Part shown: one piece after another, positions 54,569 through 64,000 of the stretch
Layout of the letters: the number at the start of each line of letters is the position of its first letter
Numbering within the stretch: position 1 is the first letter of the stretch
Assembly (NCBI GenBank): GCA_965240325.2
Contig: OZ251241.1
Span: 434,001-498,000, forward strand
DNA: 64,000 nt
Direction: 5' to 3'
Source: Rebecca billardiae RCC1528
Lineage: Eukaryota > Protista > Haptophyta
The notes under the pieces: generated by a model
Databases searched by the model: none
What the model was told of the DNA's origin: nothing
Seen by the model: only the letters and a program-made list of their open reading frames with translations
Position numbers and translations under genes: made by a program

Positions 54569-55820
54569 TCATATGGCTCCGGCTCCGGTCCCCCCCCCCG
54601 CTCCGTTACGTCTTTATGCGCTGGCAGACTGACGTGAGCCGTTGCGGCGGCAGCGTCAGTCGACGGTCGGCGGGGGGCCCCCGGAGCGGCCCGAGCCAAA
54701 GCCCAAAGGCAAAGTCCGCGACGATGACAACTGCGCTGCATGAAGCGGACCGCACTGACTGATGTAGTGCGCCGATGTCTGACGATGAGTGATGTCGATC
54801 TGCTGATTCGTAACCGTCAGCACCGTTCTGTCCGTTGATGCCGCCGGCCGAGTTACTAGTTAGCCGGCCGATCCGGAGTACTGTCACAGAGTCCGCGCCG
54901 CCGGCCCGTTGACCGTTCATCTAAGACGAGTAGATATTAATATATATATATATATGTATATCTTCTGCTGCTATAATATTGGATGAGTGATGTCGGACGA
55001 TGATGGCGCTGCGCTGCTATTATTGCTGCCCTCGGCAGAGCTCGTCCCGGCCACCGCCCCTCGGCCTCCGCCGTCTTGCCGTTGCGGGTCGAGGCGTGAT
55101 GCCTCGTGCGGAGGCTGCCTCTGGATCTTACTGACCGCGCAGCGCGATGTCGGCCGGGCTATCTCGCGCTCCGCCTGCAAGCTTCCGGTCGCTGCCCGCT
55201 GTCTGTGCCCCACGGCAGCCTGCTGTGAGCTGCGATACTCGACGACGAAAAATCCCAAGGAGCAATTAATATATAATAGTGCGTAGTTATTACGAGTACG
55301 CGCCTACCGCATCGACAGACAGTGGGTCTTCGTACTGCAAGGTCAAGGACACATACATAGAATGCGTCCGCGGGCTTCCGACCAGGTCAGGCAGTGCGCC
55401 ACCTGACCCGCAGCCGCCTGCCCCCCTGAGGGAGCGGGGCCGGGAACCGGTGCGGAGCACCGCCTCGGCCTGAGGGGCACGCGGCGGCGACGGCACGGAT
55501 GCCGCCGCGGCCGAGCGCCTTCCGGGGCACTTGGATGAGGGTGAGGTCGTAGTCGATGTCGCCGCCCGCCGACCTAGCGGCGAGTAGCTGCGGCAGGCAG
55601 CAGCCGTGGCTGTCGCCCCCGTGCGCCCGCTATTTAATACTGAGTATTACTAATAGTAATACACGGCAGCTGCTACTTCACATCAGCTTAGCAGACTTGA
55701 TCAGTAGTCGTCGTCAGCAGCATTGATCGCGTGAGTCATCGTCAAAATTATTCGTCGTCAGACGCGAATTTACTGGTGATGCCCCGGCGCCTAGCTCGGC
55801 TTCAGTAGTCGGCTGCTAGC

Positions 55821-58800
55821 CTATTCGACCGCCTTGCCTGGTAGAGGCGCCAGCGCCGACGCCGCCGGGCGCGGCGGGCGAAGCATGGGCCGCGAGCGCG
55901 CTCGACTCGCTGAGCCCAGCTGCGCCACGACGGTCGGGCTAGCGGCGCTCGTCAGCAGGTTGGTGGCAGAGTTGGAGCGGATGGCACGGGGAGGGCTCGG
56001 GCCCGCGCTTTCCCGCCGCTCGCGTGCGCCGCGCGCACCAGAGCCGACGCTGGCGTCGACACCGGCCGCCACACCGGTGGAGAAGGAGCGCTGCAGCAGG
56101 ACAGGCTTTGGTAATGGTACCGCCCGCAAGCGCGCACGTGGGGGCTCGGGTGCGGAGACCGGCTGCGTCGGCTGCGTCGGCGCCGGCAGAAGCGCGTTGG
56201 CCTTCGCCGCCGGCGCGGGCGCCGCCGGCTCCGCCACCGAAGCCCCTCCAAACACGGCGACCATCTCCGAGCCCTGCTCATCGCGCACTGCGTGCCAGGT
56301 TGGGCGCGGACGCACGGCGGGTACGCCCTTCGCCGGGCCCTCCACTCGCCGCTCTCCCCGCGGGGAGCTCGGCCGGGAGGCGTTGCGGCTCCCCGGCTTG
56401 CTGCTGCCTCGGCTGCCGGGGAGGCTACTGTTCCTGCTCGAGCCGAGCGAGCGCTGCTCGGGCGTGAGCGCAGGCGAGGTCCCAGTCGAGCCGCCCGGCG
56501 GCAGCAGGAGGCCAGACCCGTGGCGCAGCGCGGGGAGCGAGCGTGAGCGGAGCGCGCTGAGCGAGGGTGCGGGCGGGGGCGGCTGCTCGCCGCCGGCCGC
56601 GCCCATCGTCCACATCGACACGACCACGGGCGGGCCCGTGGGTGCGATGGCGGATCCACGCCTCGGCTGCGACGCACCGGCCGACGCTTCAGGCGGCGCG
56701 CCGGTGTTCTCCGAGCTGCGGCGCAGTTGGCCGCGCGCAATGGGGCCCGGCCGGGCGGCAGCCGTGGTGCCCGCCTGGCCGGTCACGGGCTCGGAGCCAC
56801 GGCGCCGGCGCACCGAGTCGTCGCCGCCGCCGCCCGCCTCGGCCGCGTCCTCGCGCACCGCGCCGCCCCCAGCCCCACGCCCGCTCGCCGCGGCACGGCC
56901 CCTCGTGCCGAAGATCTTCTTCTCCCAATCCTCGTGGATGCCGGAGAGCTGCTTGAGCGCTTGCTCGGCGGGCACGCGGCTGGTGGCGGTGGGCGCGCCC
57001 GGCGGCAGCGGCAGCACGCCCGGCGGCAGCAGCCGCGTGGCAGCCGGCTTGGGCGGCGCCGCGGGCGGCGAGGGGCCGAGCGGCGGCGAGGGCGCCGGCG
57101 GTGGCGGGTGCGGCGGTAGCACACGCAGGGCTGGGCTGCTGAAGCTGCGCTTGGGCAACGAAGGCATGGATGGGAGCGCTGGCGCGCCATCGCCACCCGC
57201 GCCGCCCAACGGCTGCGCGCCGAGCACGGCCGCGCCGCCGTCGGTGCTGACGCCGTTCAGCGCCGCCGCCGCGTCGAAGAGGGTTGGCGCCGCCGCGGCC
57301 GTCGACTGCAAGCCCTGCGTTGCCACGCGCTCGCGCGCGCCTTCGGAGAAGTCACCGCGGAGACGCGCCGCTGCGGCGGCCGCCTGGCCCACTGGCCTGA
57401 GGCGCGAGCGCAGGGTGCGGCCGCGCGCAGCCTGCGCCCCGGAGGGACGTGCGCCCGAGAGCGCGGCGGCGGCCATCGCGCCGTCGAGTGCGGCCCTCAG
57501 CTCGTCAGCGCCGGCTCGATCCGCGTCGGCACCGCCCGCCCGCTCCGCGCCCAACGCGCCCTCTGCTGACGCCGCGCCCGATGCGCCCGCCGACACGTCG
57601 GAGCGCGCGGCGCCGCGTCCGAGCGCGCCGCCAGCTGGGCGGCAGAGCGGCGCGCCCGCCCCCTCGTCCAGCTGCAGCGCGCCCTCGATCAGCTCGAAGC
57701 CGAGGCACTCGAGCAGCACCTCCAGCGCCTCGCCCACGTGCGCGCTCCCGAGCGCCTCGCACACGTGCGCGCTCCCGCCGGCCAAGCCGTCGCCGCCGTC
57801 GTCGCCCTCGAGCAGCGCGCCGAGGGAGTGGCCGAGCCGGCAGCGCAGCCGGCGCGCGGCCTCGAGGGAGCCGTGGCCGGCGGCGCCGGCGCGCATCAGC
57901 GCCGCCAGCGCGCGCGTGTCCCGCCGCACGGCATCCTCGCCCGACCGCGCGTCGGCGTCCGCGTCCGCGTGCACGTCCGCGCCCGCACCGGCCCGCCGCG
58001 CCGCTGCGTCTGCGCCATCGCTCACGCCGCCCGTCGCGCCGTCAGCGGGCTTGAGAGGGCGCACGCTCTCCAGGGGGATCAGCTCGCGCGGGGCGCCTGC
58101 AAGCGCGCGCACGCTGTCGACGAGCTCCTGCAGCTGCGCCGCCGTGAGCGTGCCATGCGCGCCGGCGGCGCCCGCACCCGCTGGCACTCGGCGTGCGCCG
58201 CTCGACGCGCGCCCGCCCCAGATCTCGGGGTCCACGCCGCCCTCGCCCTCGTCCTCGCTGCATCTGCGCCCGCCCCAGATCTCGGGGTCCACGCCGCCCT
58301 CGCCCTCGTCCTCGCTGCGGCTGCCCGAGCCAGCCGCACGCTCGGCGTCGTCGGGCGCGCGCCCACCGTGCCACCCGCCTTCGCTCCACTTGATGCCGCG
58401 CGCGCCGCCTCGCGCCCGGCCGCCGTGCCCGCCGGCCACAAACTCCGTGCCGGCGTTGGAGAGGCGGGCGAGCCCTTCGCGCACGGCGTCGAGCCCCGCA
58501 GCGACAACGCGCGTGATGCGGTAGAAGAGCGTCGAGAGGAACGCCACGTAGTCCGCCTCCTCCGCCGTCTCGACCCACACGTCCGCCAGCTCGAACAGCG
58601 ACGCGCAGAAGACGCGCAGCGGCATGCGCGCGCTGCCGTCGGTCGGCAGCTTGGCCGCGCGCATGTCGCTGTCCCAGTCGTCGAGCGCTAGGGCCCGGGC
58701 GGTGTCCAGATCGTCCGACTCCGCGACGACCCCCAGCGCGCGCGCCACGCGCATCATCACGGCGAGGTACTGCTCGCGCGACATCTCGTCATGCTCGCCG

Positions 58801-59132
58801 AGCGCGCACACGTCCCAGAAGCGCAGAGTGGCGGCGACGACGCCGGGGGACTCGAGCAGCGCGAGGCGGGCGGGCACGTCGCGTGCCATCTCCTCCGCCG
58901 TGCCCAGCGCGTGGTACTTCTCGCCCAGCTGCGAGCCGTCCTTCTCAAAGTGGAATTGGCCGGCCGCACTCGCGCTGCCGGACCGAAACGTCTCGCGCGC
59001 CCTGTCGGCGTTGCCCGCCTTGCGGCCCAGGGCGTGGGGCTCGAGGCGCGCGGCGGTGCTGTGAATCTGGTCCGTCACGGCCTTGGCAAGGCTCGAAAAG
59101 ACGCGCGCGTCGCGCACATCATCGACGAGCAT
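55821..59132 (-). CDS. Hypothetical protein with N-terminal EF-hand-like helical domain and long low-complexity C-terminus
   Basis: FWD...MSREQY...RVARAL...DDWDSD...F..SLFELADVW...Y..FL..LF..I; open frame to TAG at 55821; ATG at 59132. Confidence 0.65.
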   Translation of the reverse strand: MLVDDVRDARVFSSLAKAVTDQIHSTAARLEPHALGRKAGNADRARETFRSGSASAAGQFHFEKDGSQLGEKYHALGTAEEMARDVPARLALLESPGVVAATLRFWDVCALGEHDEMSREQYLAVMMRVARALGVVAESDDLDTARALALDDWDSDMRAAKLPTDGSARMPLRVFCASLFELADVWVETAEEADYVAFLSTLFYRITRVVAAGLDAVREGLARLSNAGTEFVAGGHGGRARGGARGIKWSEGGWHGGRAPDDAERAAGSGSRSEDEGEGGVDPEIWGGRRCSEDEGEGGVDPEIWGGRASSGARRVPAGAGAAGAHGTLTAAQLQELVDSVRALAGAPRELIPLESVRPLKPADGATGGVSDGADAAARRAGAGADVHADADADARSGEDAVRRDTRALAALMRAGAAGHGSLEAARRLRCRLGHSLGALLEGDDGGDGLAGGSAHVCEALGSAHVGEALEVLLECLGFELIEGALQLDEGAGAPLCRPAGGALGRGAARSDVSAGASGAASAEGALGAERAGGADADRAGADELRAALDGAMAAAALSGARPSGAQAARGRTLRSRLRPVGQAAAAAARLRGDFSEGARERVATQGLQSTAAAAPTLFDAAAALNGVSTDGGAAVLGAQPLGGAGGDGAPALPSMPSLPKRSFSSPALRVLPPHPPPPAPSPPLGPSPPAAPPKPAATRLLPPGVLPLPPGAPTATSRVPAEQALKQLSGIHEDWEKKIFGTRGRAAASGRGAGGGAVREDAAEAGGGGDDSVRRRRGSEPVTGQAGTTAAARPGPIARGQLRRSSENTGAPPEASAGASQPRRGSAIAPTGPPVVVSMWTMGAAGGEQPPPPAPSLSALRSRSLPALRHGSGLLLPPGGSTGTSPALTPEQRSLGSSRNSSLPGSRGSSKPGSRNASRPSSPRGERRVEGPAKGVPAVRPRPTWHAVRDEQGSEMVAVFGGASVAEPAAPAPAAKANALLPAPTQPTQPVSAPEPPRARLRAVPLPKPVLLQRSFSTGVAAGVDASVGSGARGARERRESAGPSPPRAIRSNSATNLLTSAASPTVVAQLGSASRARSRPMLRPPRPAASALAPLPGKAVE
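58209..58318. repeat. 57-bp in-frame tandem duplication (SEDEGEGGVDPEIWGGR x2)
   Basis: gcgcccgccccagatctcggggtccacgccgccctcgccctcgtcctcgctgc at 58209 and 58266. Confidence 0.9.
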
Positions 59133-59313
59133 CGCGGCCGGCAGGGGCGCCCGCGATCGTGAGGCTGACGCCAGGCGGCCTCTGGCGGTGTTCGGCCGGG
59201 TGGCGTGAGTAGCGGCAGCGCAGCGCTCTCGTGAGTAAACACAGCTCAGCGTTGAATGTGATCGAGGAGATCTCGATCTCCACCGGCTTAAGGTGGCACG
59301 GCAGGAAACCGCC

Positions 59314-60786
59314 GGACTGCGACGTAACAGCCATGGCTGCCGCGTGCGCACGCCGATTGGGGGCTCGTGCGCGCCGAGCGCGTACAGCACGGTCCGGAGC
59401 GCATGCCGGGTGGTCAAAGCACGTGCGCCGGCCTCCTGGCCCGCCCCCTGATGAGCTCGTCGCGTCTCTCCTCACGCTCCAGCCGTGGACCAGCGTGCAC
59501 ACGTGCGGGTCGGCTGGCGAGCTGCAGACGCGGTGGATGCGCTGCATGGTTTGTGCGCCACTGGCCGCCCAGATGGTCAGAGCGTACGGGGGTGGGCGTG
59601 CACACGTGCGTCCAGTCGTTTGAACCGCGCGCCGAGGCTGTTTTGGAGGTGTGCACCTACTCGCGGATGTCGGCGGCACTCCGTGGGCAGCCCGTGGGGC
59701 CACAGAAGCCACGGCGGGCAGCATTCGGGCGAGATGTACACGGCCCCATGGCGGCAGGGAGCGCTCTGTGCGTACGCTACGGGTCCCGCCGAGGTCAGTG
59801 ATACGGGCTTCGCCTGTGTCCGTGGCTAGAACAGGCTGCTCGGGGGCCCACGGATCACCGCCCATGGTGCTGGTGGCCCCGGCGCCCCAGAGTAGGCTAT
59901 ACGCGGCATGCCAAAACTAGAAATCTGACATAGAACTTCAACCGGGACCCTAGCTACTCTCGAGCCCTTCCCATAAGCTGTGTTCAGCCAGCTCGGCATG
60001 CGAATCGTATTGCACGTTTTGAAATTAACACGAAAATGGTCCAAAATCGGCGATTTTGGACCATTTTCGTGTTAATTTCAAAACGTGCAATACGATTCGC
60101 ATGCCGAGCTGGCTGAACACAGCTTATGGGAAGGGCTCGAGAGTAGCTAGGGTCCCGGTTGAAGTTCTATGTCAGATTTCTAGTTTTGGCATGCCGCGTA
60201 TAGCCTACTCTGGGGCGCTGGGGCCACCAGCACCATGCACGGTGATCCGCGGACCCCCGAGCAGGGTGATCAGGCCACATACCCAGGCGAAGCCCGTATC
60301 AATGACCTCGGCGGGACCCGTAGCGTACGCACAGAGCGCTCCCTGCCGTCATGGGGCCATGTACATCTCGCCCGAATGCTGCCCGCCGTGGCTTCTGTGG
60401 CCCCACGGGCTGCCCACGGAGTGCCGCCGACATCCGCGAGTAGGTGCTCACCTCCAAATCAGCCTCGGCGCGCGGTTCAAACGACTGGACGCACGTGTGC
60501 ACGCCCACCCCCGTACGCTCTGACCATCTGGGCGGCCAGTGGCGCACATACCATGCAGCGCATCCACCGCGTCTGCAGCTCGCCAGCCGACCGGCACGTG
60601 TGCACGCTGGTCCACGGCTGGAGCGTGAGGAGAGACGCGACGAGCTCATCAGGGGGCGAGCCAGGAGGCCGAAGCCTGTGCTTCGACCACCCGGCATGCG
60701 CTCCGGACCGTGCCGTACGCGGTCGGCGCGCACGAGCCTCGAATCGGCGCGCGCAAGCGGCACCCATGGCTGTTACGTCGCAGTCC
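59314..60786. repeat. 1473-bp palindrome (736-bp arms, 1-nt spacer at 60050); probable foldback/non-autonomous DNA transposon
   Basis: Centre ccaaaatcg-g-cgattttgg. Arm positions pair with sum 120100 from centre to ends (ggactgcgacgtaacagccatgg ... ccatggctgttacgtcgcagtcc). Confidence 0.95.
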
Positions 60787-60864
60787 ATTTAACCAAAATC
60801 GGTTCATCGTCATCGGTCAGGTTCCTGATCATGATCATGAGTGCCTTCGCAAGAAGTTGCACTG

Positions 60865-61890
60865 ATGCGGTATCACAGCGACGACGATGCTCTCGGAAAT
60901 GCGTCATCGAATCATCCCGCCGCCAGCAACGACCCCATGTCCGTGACTTGTCCACCCAGCCGCCGCCGCGCCTCGCACGAGTTCACACCGCGGGCCAAGG
61001 CCTGGTTCGTGCTCATCGTCGCAGCCGCCGCATCAGCGTGGGGCATCCGAATGCCGCGGCTGGCGTTTGCAACCGCTGCCGTGATCGCCATCTTCGCTTG
61101 TTTCTGGCGGCGTGCCCAGAGGCCGCGATCGCACGTTCAGGCGCAACCAGAGCGCGACTCGCCACTCGCGTCCCTCCTGGCATCATCGCCTTCAGGTGAA
61201 ACGCAACATACTCCACCGTCTGCGCAAGCGCTTGCTATTGGCTCGCATCGCACGTGCTTCGTCGCAGAGGACGTCCTCACGGCCAAGGAGTGCGATGAGA
61301 TCATCCGTGCATGCGAGGCGTACGGCTGGTACTCACTGGGGCCGGGCTTCGCCCGGGACTACCGCGAGTACAAGCGCATCATGTTCCTCGACGAGCTCGC
61401 CGCTGAGGCACTCTTCGAACGACTGCGCAGCTGCCTCCCGTCCACGTACACCGACGGTAGTGGCGAGGAATGGCGGCTGGTTGGGCTGAACGAGCTCTTC
61501 CGACTCAGCAAGTACGAGCAAGGCGGCCTCTTCGGGCCACACCGTGACGCGTGCTTACGGCGCAGCGATTCGGAGCGATCGTTTCTCACAGTGATTGTTT
61601 ACCTCAATAGCGTGCCCTCAGCGCATGGCGGCGCCACCGGGATCCTGCGCGCGGCATCATCTGCAAGCAAGGATGCCACGTTAGCGTCGTCGAGCCTCTC
61701 TGCCTCTGCTGAGGCTGACCAGCACGAGTCGGACGATGATGCAGATGCGGCGACAGTGCAGCCCGCGGCCGGCAGAGCACTTGTCTTTGATCACTCTCTT
61801 CTGCATCACGGACACGCCGTGACGCAGGATGGCCAGCACAAGTTTCTGCTGCGCACTGACGTATGCTACCGGCGCCATCAGTTCGGGTAG
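60865..61890 (+). CDS. 2OG-Fe(II) oxygenase (prolyl 4-hydroxylase alpha-like) with N-terminal hydrophobic segments
   Basis: DVLTAKECDEII, GLNELFRLSKY..G..FGPHRD, SFLTVIVYLN....GGAT, P.AGRALVFDH.LLHHG..V....KFLLRTDV.Y (HxD...H triad). Start at 60865 or 60937. Confidence 0.88.
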   Translation: MRYHSDDDALGNASSNHPAASNDPMSVTCPPSRRRASHEFTPRAKAWFVLIVAAAASAWGIRMPRLAFATAAVIAIFACFWRRAQRPRSHVQAQPERDSPLASLLASSPSGETQHTPPSAQALAIGSHRTCFVAEDVLTAKECDEIIRACEAYGWYSLGPGFARDYREYKRIMFLDELAAEALFERLRSCLPSTYTDGSGEEWRLVGLNELFRLSKYEQGGLFGPHRDACLRRSDSERSFLTVIVYLNSVPSAHGGATGILRAASSASKDATLASSSLSASAEADQHESDDDADAATVQPAAGRALVFDHSLLHHGHAVTQDGQHKFLLRTDVCYRRHQFG

Positions 61891-62569
61891 CGTGCCAGCT
61901 GCCTGCCCGCGCACGCGCCGGCTGCGGGCTGTACCCGCTTCGCCTCACTAAACACTCATCGTCATCAGCAGGCAATCACGGTAAAGTGACGATAATGACC
62001 ACTACACGGCAATGATGAGAATCAGTACAACATGCATCTGAGACATATCGGGTCATGTGCGTGTGTCTGTCCGCCGTGATGCTGTGACGATATGATGCAG
62101 ATATCGTCGCGATATACAGTAGATGTCGCGCGTACTGCATATAGCGCAGCAGTCGTATAAGTATCTCATCAGTAATATATAAGCGCTATGCTGACTCGCG
62201 GGAGTGGCGGCGCCGCGGTCATGCATCGACGATGCGACATGCAGACTACCGGACGGAGTCTGAGACTGTCAGGGGCCGGTCGTTGGGCGATACCATTCGT
62301 CCTCGAGCTGCTGCTTATATATATATATATTTAAGTTATGACCGCGTTCCGCGGTCCTTTTCCGTAGAACCAACGCAGTTGGGGGCCCGCGGCGCAGTGG
62401 TTGAGAATGAGACCGTGACGTCGTCAATCCGCACGGTCTGGCGTCTGCCTGGCAGTCAGACAGGCAGCCGCACCGTCTCGGAGAGTGAGTGAGAGTCAGA
62501 CCCGTCCGTCGGACTCGCGGCGCGTGAATGGGCGCGCCGACGGCCAAGGGTGGCCGGCACGGGACACCA

Positions 62570-63300
62570 GCGGACGGGCCGCGCGGGGAAGCGGGGCGGC
62601 GCGCGCGCAGGGCGAGAGGCGCGGACGGGCCGCGCGGGGAAGCGGGGCGGCGCGCGTGCAGGGCGAGAGGCGCCGCGCGGCGCGGGCCGGCGCGTGCGCG
62701 CGCGCGCGCGCACCTGCTTGAGGTGCTCGCGCTGCGCCATGCGCTCGACGAAGGGCCGCTGGTCGCTCAGCCGGCGCGCCTCGGGCCGGCATAGCGAGAG
62801 CGCGCGCCACTGCTGCCCGCCCACGCTGCGCAGCCACGCGCAGACCGAGCGGAGCTCGGGGTGGGACGAAGCGAGTGGCGTGTCGCGCCCGCCGCCAGGC
62901 GCACGCGTGCCCTGCTCCGCACCGCGCCGCCGTGCTCGCCCGCCGCCTGCTCCGCCGCGTCGGCCTCGAGGATGGCGGCGGCCAGCGGCAGGCTGAGTGG
63001 CGCGCGCTCGCCCACCGTAGCTTCGAGGGCCGTCCACACCTGCTCGAGCTGCTGCAGGGCGTGGACAAGGGCAGCGCGCGCGCCCAGCGCATCCGTGCCG
63101 CGTGACGCAGCGCGTCGAGCTCGGCGTCTCGCTTCGCCAGCTCGGCGCCCAGCGCCTCTGCGCGCACGCGTCGAGCTCGGCGTCGCGCTTTGCCAGCTCG
63201 GCGCCCAGCGCCTTCACGCGCACGTGCTCGTGTATCTGCGCGCGCACGGCCTGCGCGCCGCCGCCCATCTGCGCGCGCAGACTCGGACTCGTCGCGGCTG
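62570..63300 (-). pseudogene. Frameshifted coiled-coil gene fragment with internal tandem duplications
   Basis: ALGAELAKRDAELDA is duplicated with a 56-bp period (63111/63167), which shifts the frame. Further shifts follow. It ends at an intron-like donor (aagcag|gtgcgc, ~62713) and a duplicated segment at ~62570-62670 with no following exon. Confidence 0.45.
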
Positions 63301-63803
63301 GCTGCTAGGGAGTGCTAGGGTGCGCGCCGCGTAGTCGATGGCCAAGGCCTGCAGCCAGCGCGCCTGCACCGAGAAAAGAAGGCGCGGCACGCGCGCTATA
63401 ACCCAGTCCACGCAGACACGCGAGCGCGTGCTCGAGCGGCGCGCCGGGGGCAACCGTCCACGTCGGCCGCGCGGGAGCCGCAGGTACTCTCGCGTGCCTG
63501 CGCGACGCAGCGCGCACGCACAGCGAAACGGGCGCGGGGTAGAATTCAGGAGAGCGCCGCCGCCCGCGCACCACCCCACCGAGAGTGCGCACATGCGCAC
63601 GCCACGACATGGCACGACATGGCGCACGATTGACGCAACGCCCGACAGACAGAAGCCTTCATCGACAATCCGCGCGCGCCCGCAAACGCGGCCGCGCGCG
63701 CGGGCGGGCGCGCGGGCGTGCGTGCGCCACCCGCGCGGGAGGCGCCCGCGGCCGCGCGGGCGGCGCGCGCGCGGCGCGCGCTCCGCGCGGTCGTCCACAC
63801 CGA

Positions 63804-63950
63804 TGGCGGTCGATCGAGGGCTCGCCCCGTTTGGCGGTCGATTTTGATCGAGGGCTCGCCCCGTTTTTGGAGCGAGCGCGTGCCGCGCGCCCCCTGGCTC
63901 CCAACTGGGTATGATAATACCCACAATTACCCAAAATGACCTTATGCCCC
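63804..63950. repeat. Subterminal-like tandem repeats and small hairpin, possible DNA transposon end
   Basis: gatcgagggctcgccccgttt at 63812 and 63846; gggtatgataataccc hairpin at ~63907-63922. Confidence 0.4.
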
Positions 63951-64000
63951 CAACACCGTTATCATAGCGAGCCAATGTACTGATATGATAGACTGAACGA

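Noticed and set aside
55330-55620. Coding-like minus-strand snippet (GDIDYDLTLIQV)
   Set aside because: Interrupted by stops, no start, no identifiable family.
59826-60523. Twin ORFs MDHFRVNFKTCN... on both strands
   Set aside because: A by-product of the palindrome; TTG starts, no coding signature.
1-64000. tRNA, rRNA or other structured RNA genes
   Set aside because: No cloverleaf/T-loop or rRNA-conserved sequence recognised by eye; a covariance-model search would be needed to exclude them.

Overview
Very GC-rich, intron-containing eukaryotic nuclear DNA. The short GT-AG introns full of (GC)n runs, the plastid-targeted SOUL protein and the TIR-like membrane protein family suggest a haptophyte alga such as Pavlova/Diacronema (inference). 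Most of the six-frame ORF track is GC-shadow noise. Hand-spliced gene models: UDP-galactopyranose mutase with a C-terminal DUF3431-like domain; a nucleoside-hydrolase/multipass-TM/degenerate-TIR fusion; phosducin-like TXNDC9/PLP3; SOUL; RPL30; an Ulp2/SENP6-7-type SUMO protease with a huge insertion; a ~3,260-aa KRE6/SKN1(GH16)-EGF-FKS(GT48) beta-glucan synthase fusion; a secreted double-VWD protein with seven six-Cys DxDxD repeats; a secreted membrane-anchored DUF2252-like pseudokinase; an LRR protein; an ankyrin protein; an EF-hand-like protein; and a 2OG-Fe(II) oxygenase. Mobile DNA: an intact, very young Ty1/copia element (556-bp LTRs, CATAT TSD) with a MYND-finger-bearing N-terminal extension, no integrase HHCC motif and an atypical primer site, nested in an older repeat. 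There is also a 1.47-kb palindrome with a 1-nt spacer between two divergent genes. The best candidates for an undescribed system are the GH16-GT48 'synthesise-and-branch' fusion with its secreted neighbours, the NH-TM-pseudoTIR receptor, and the unusual copia element. All domain calls are motif recognition by eye; no database search was run.
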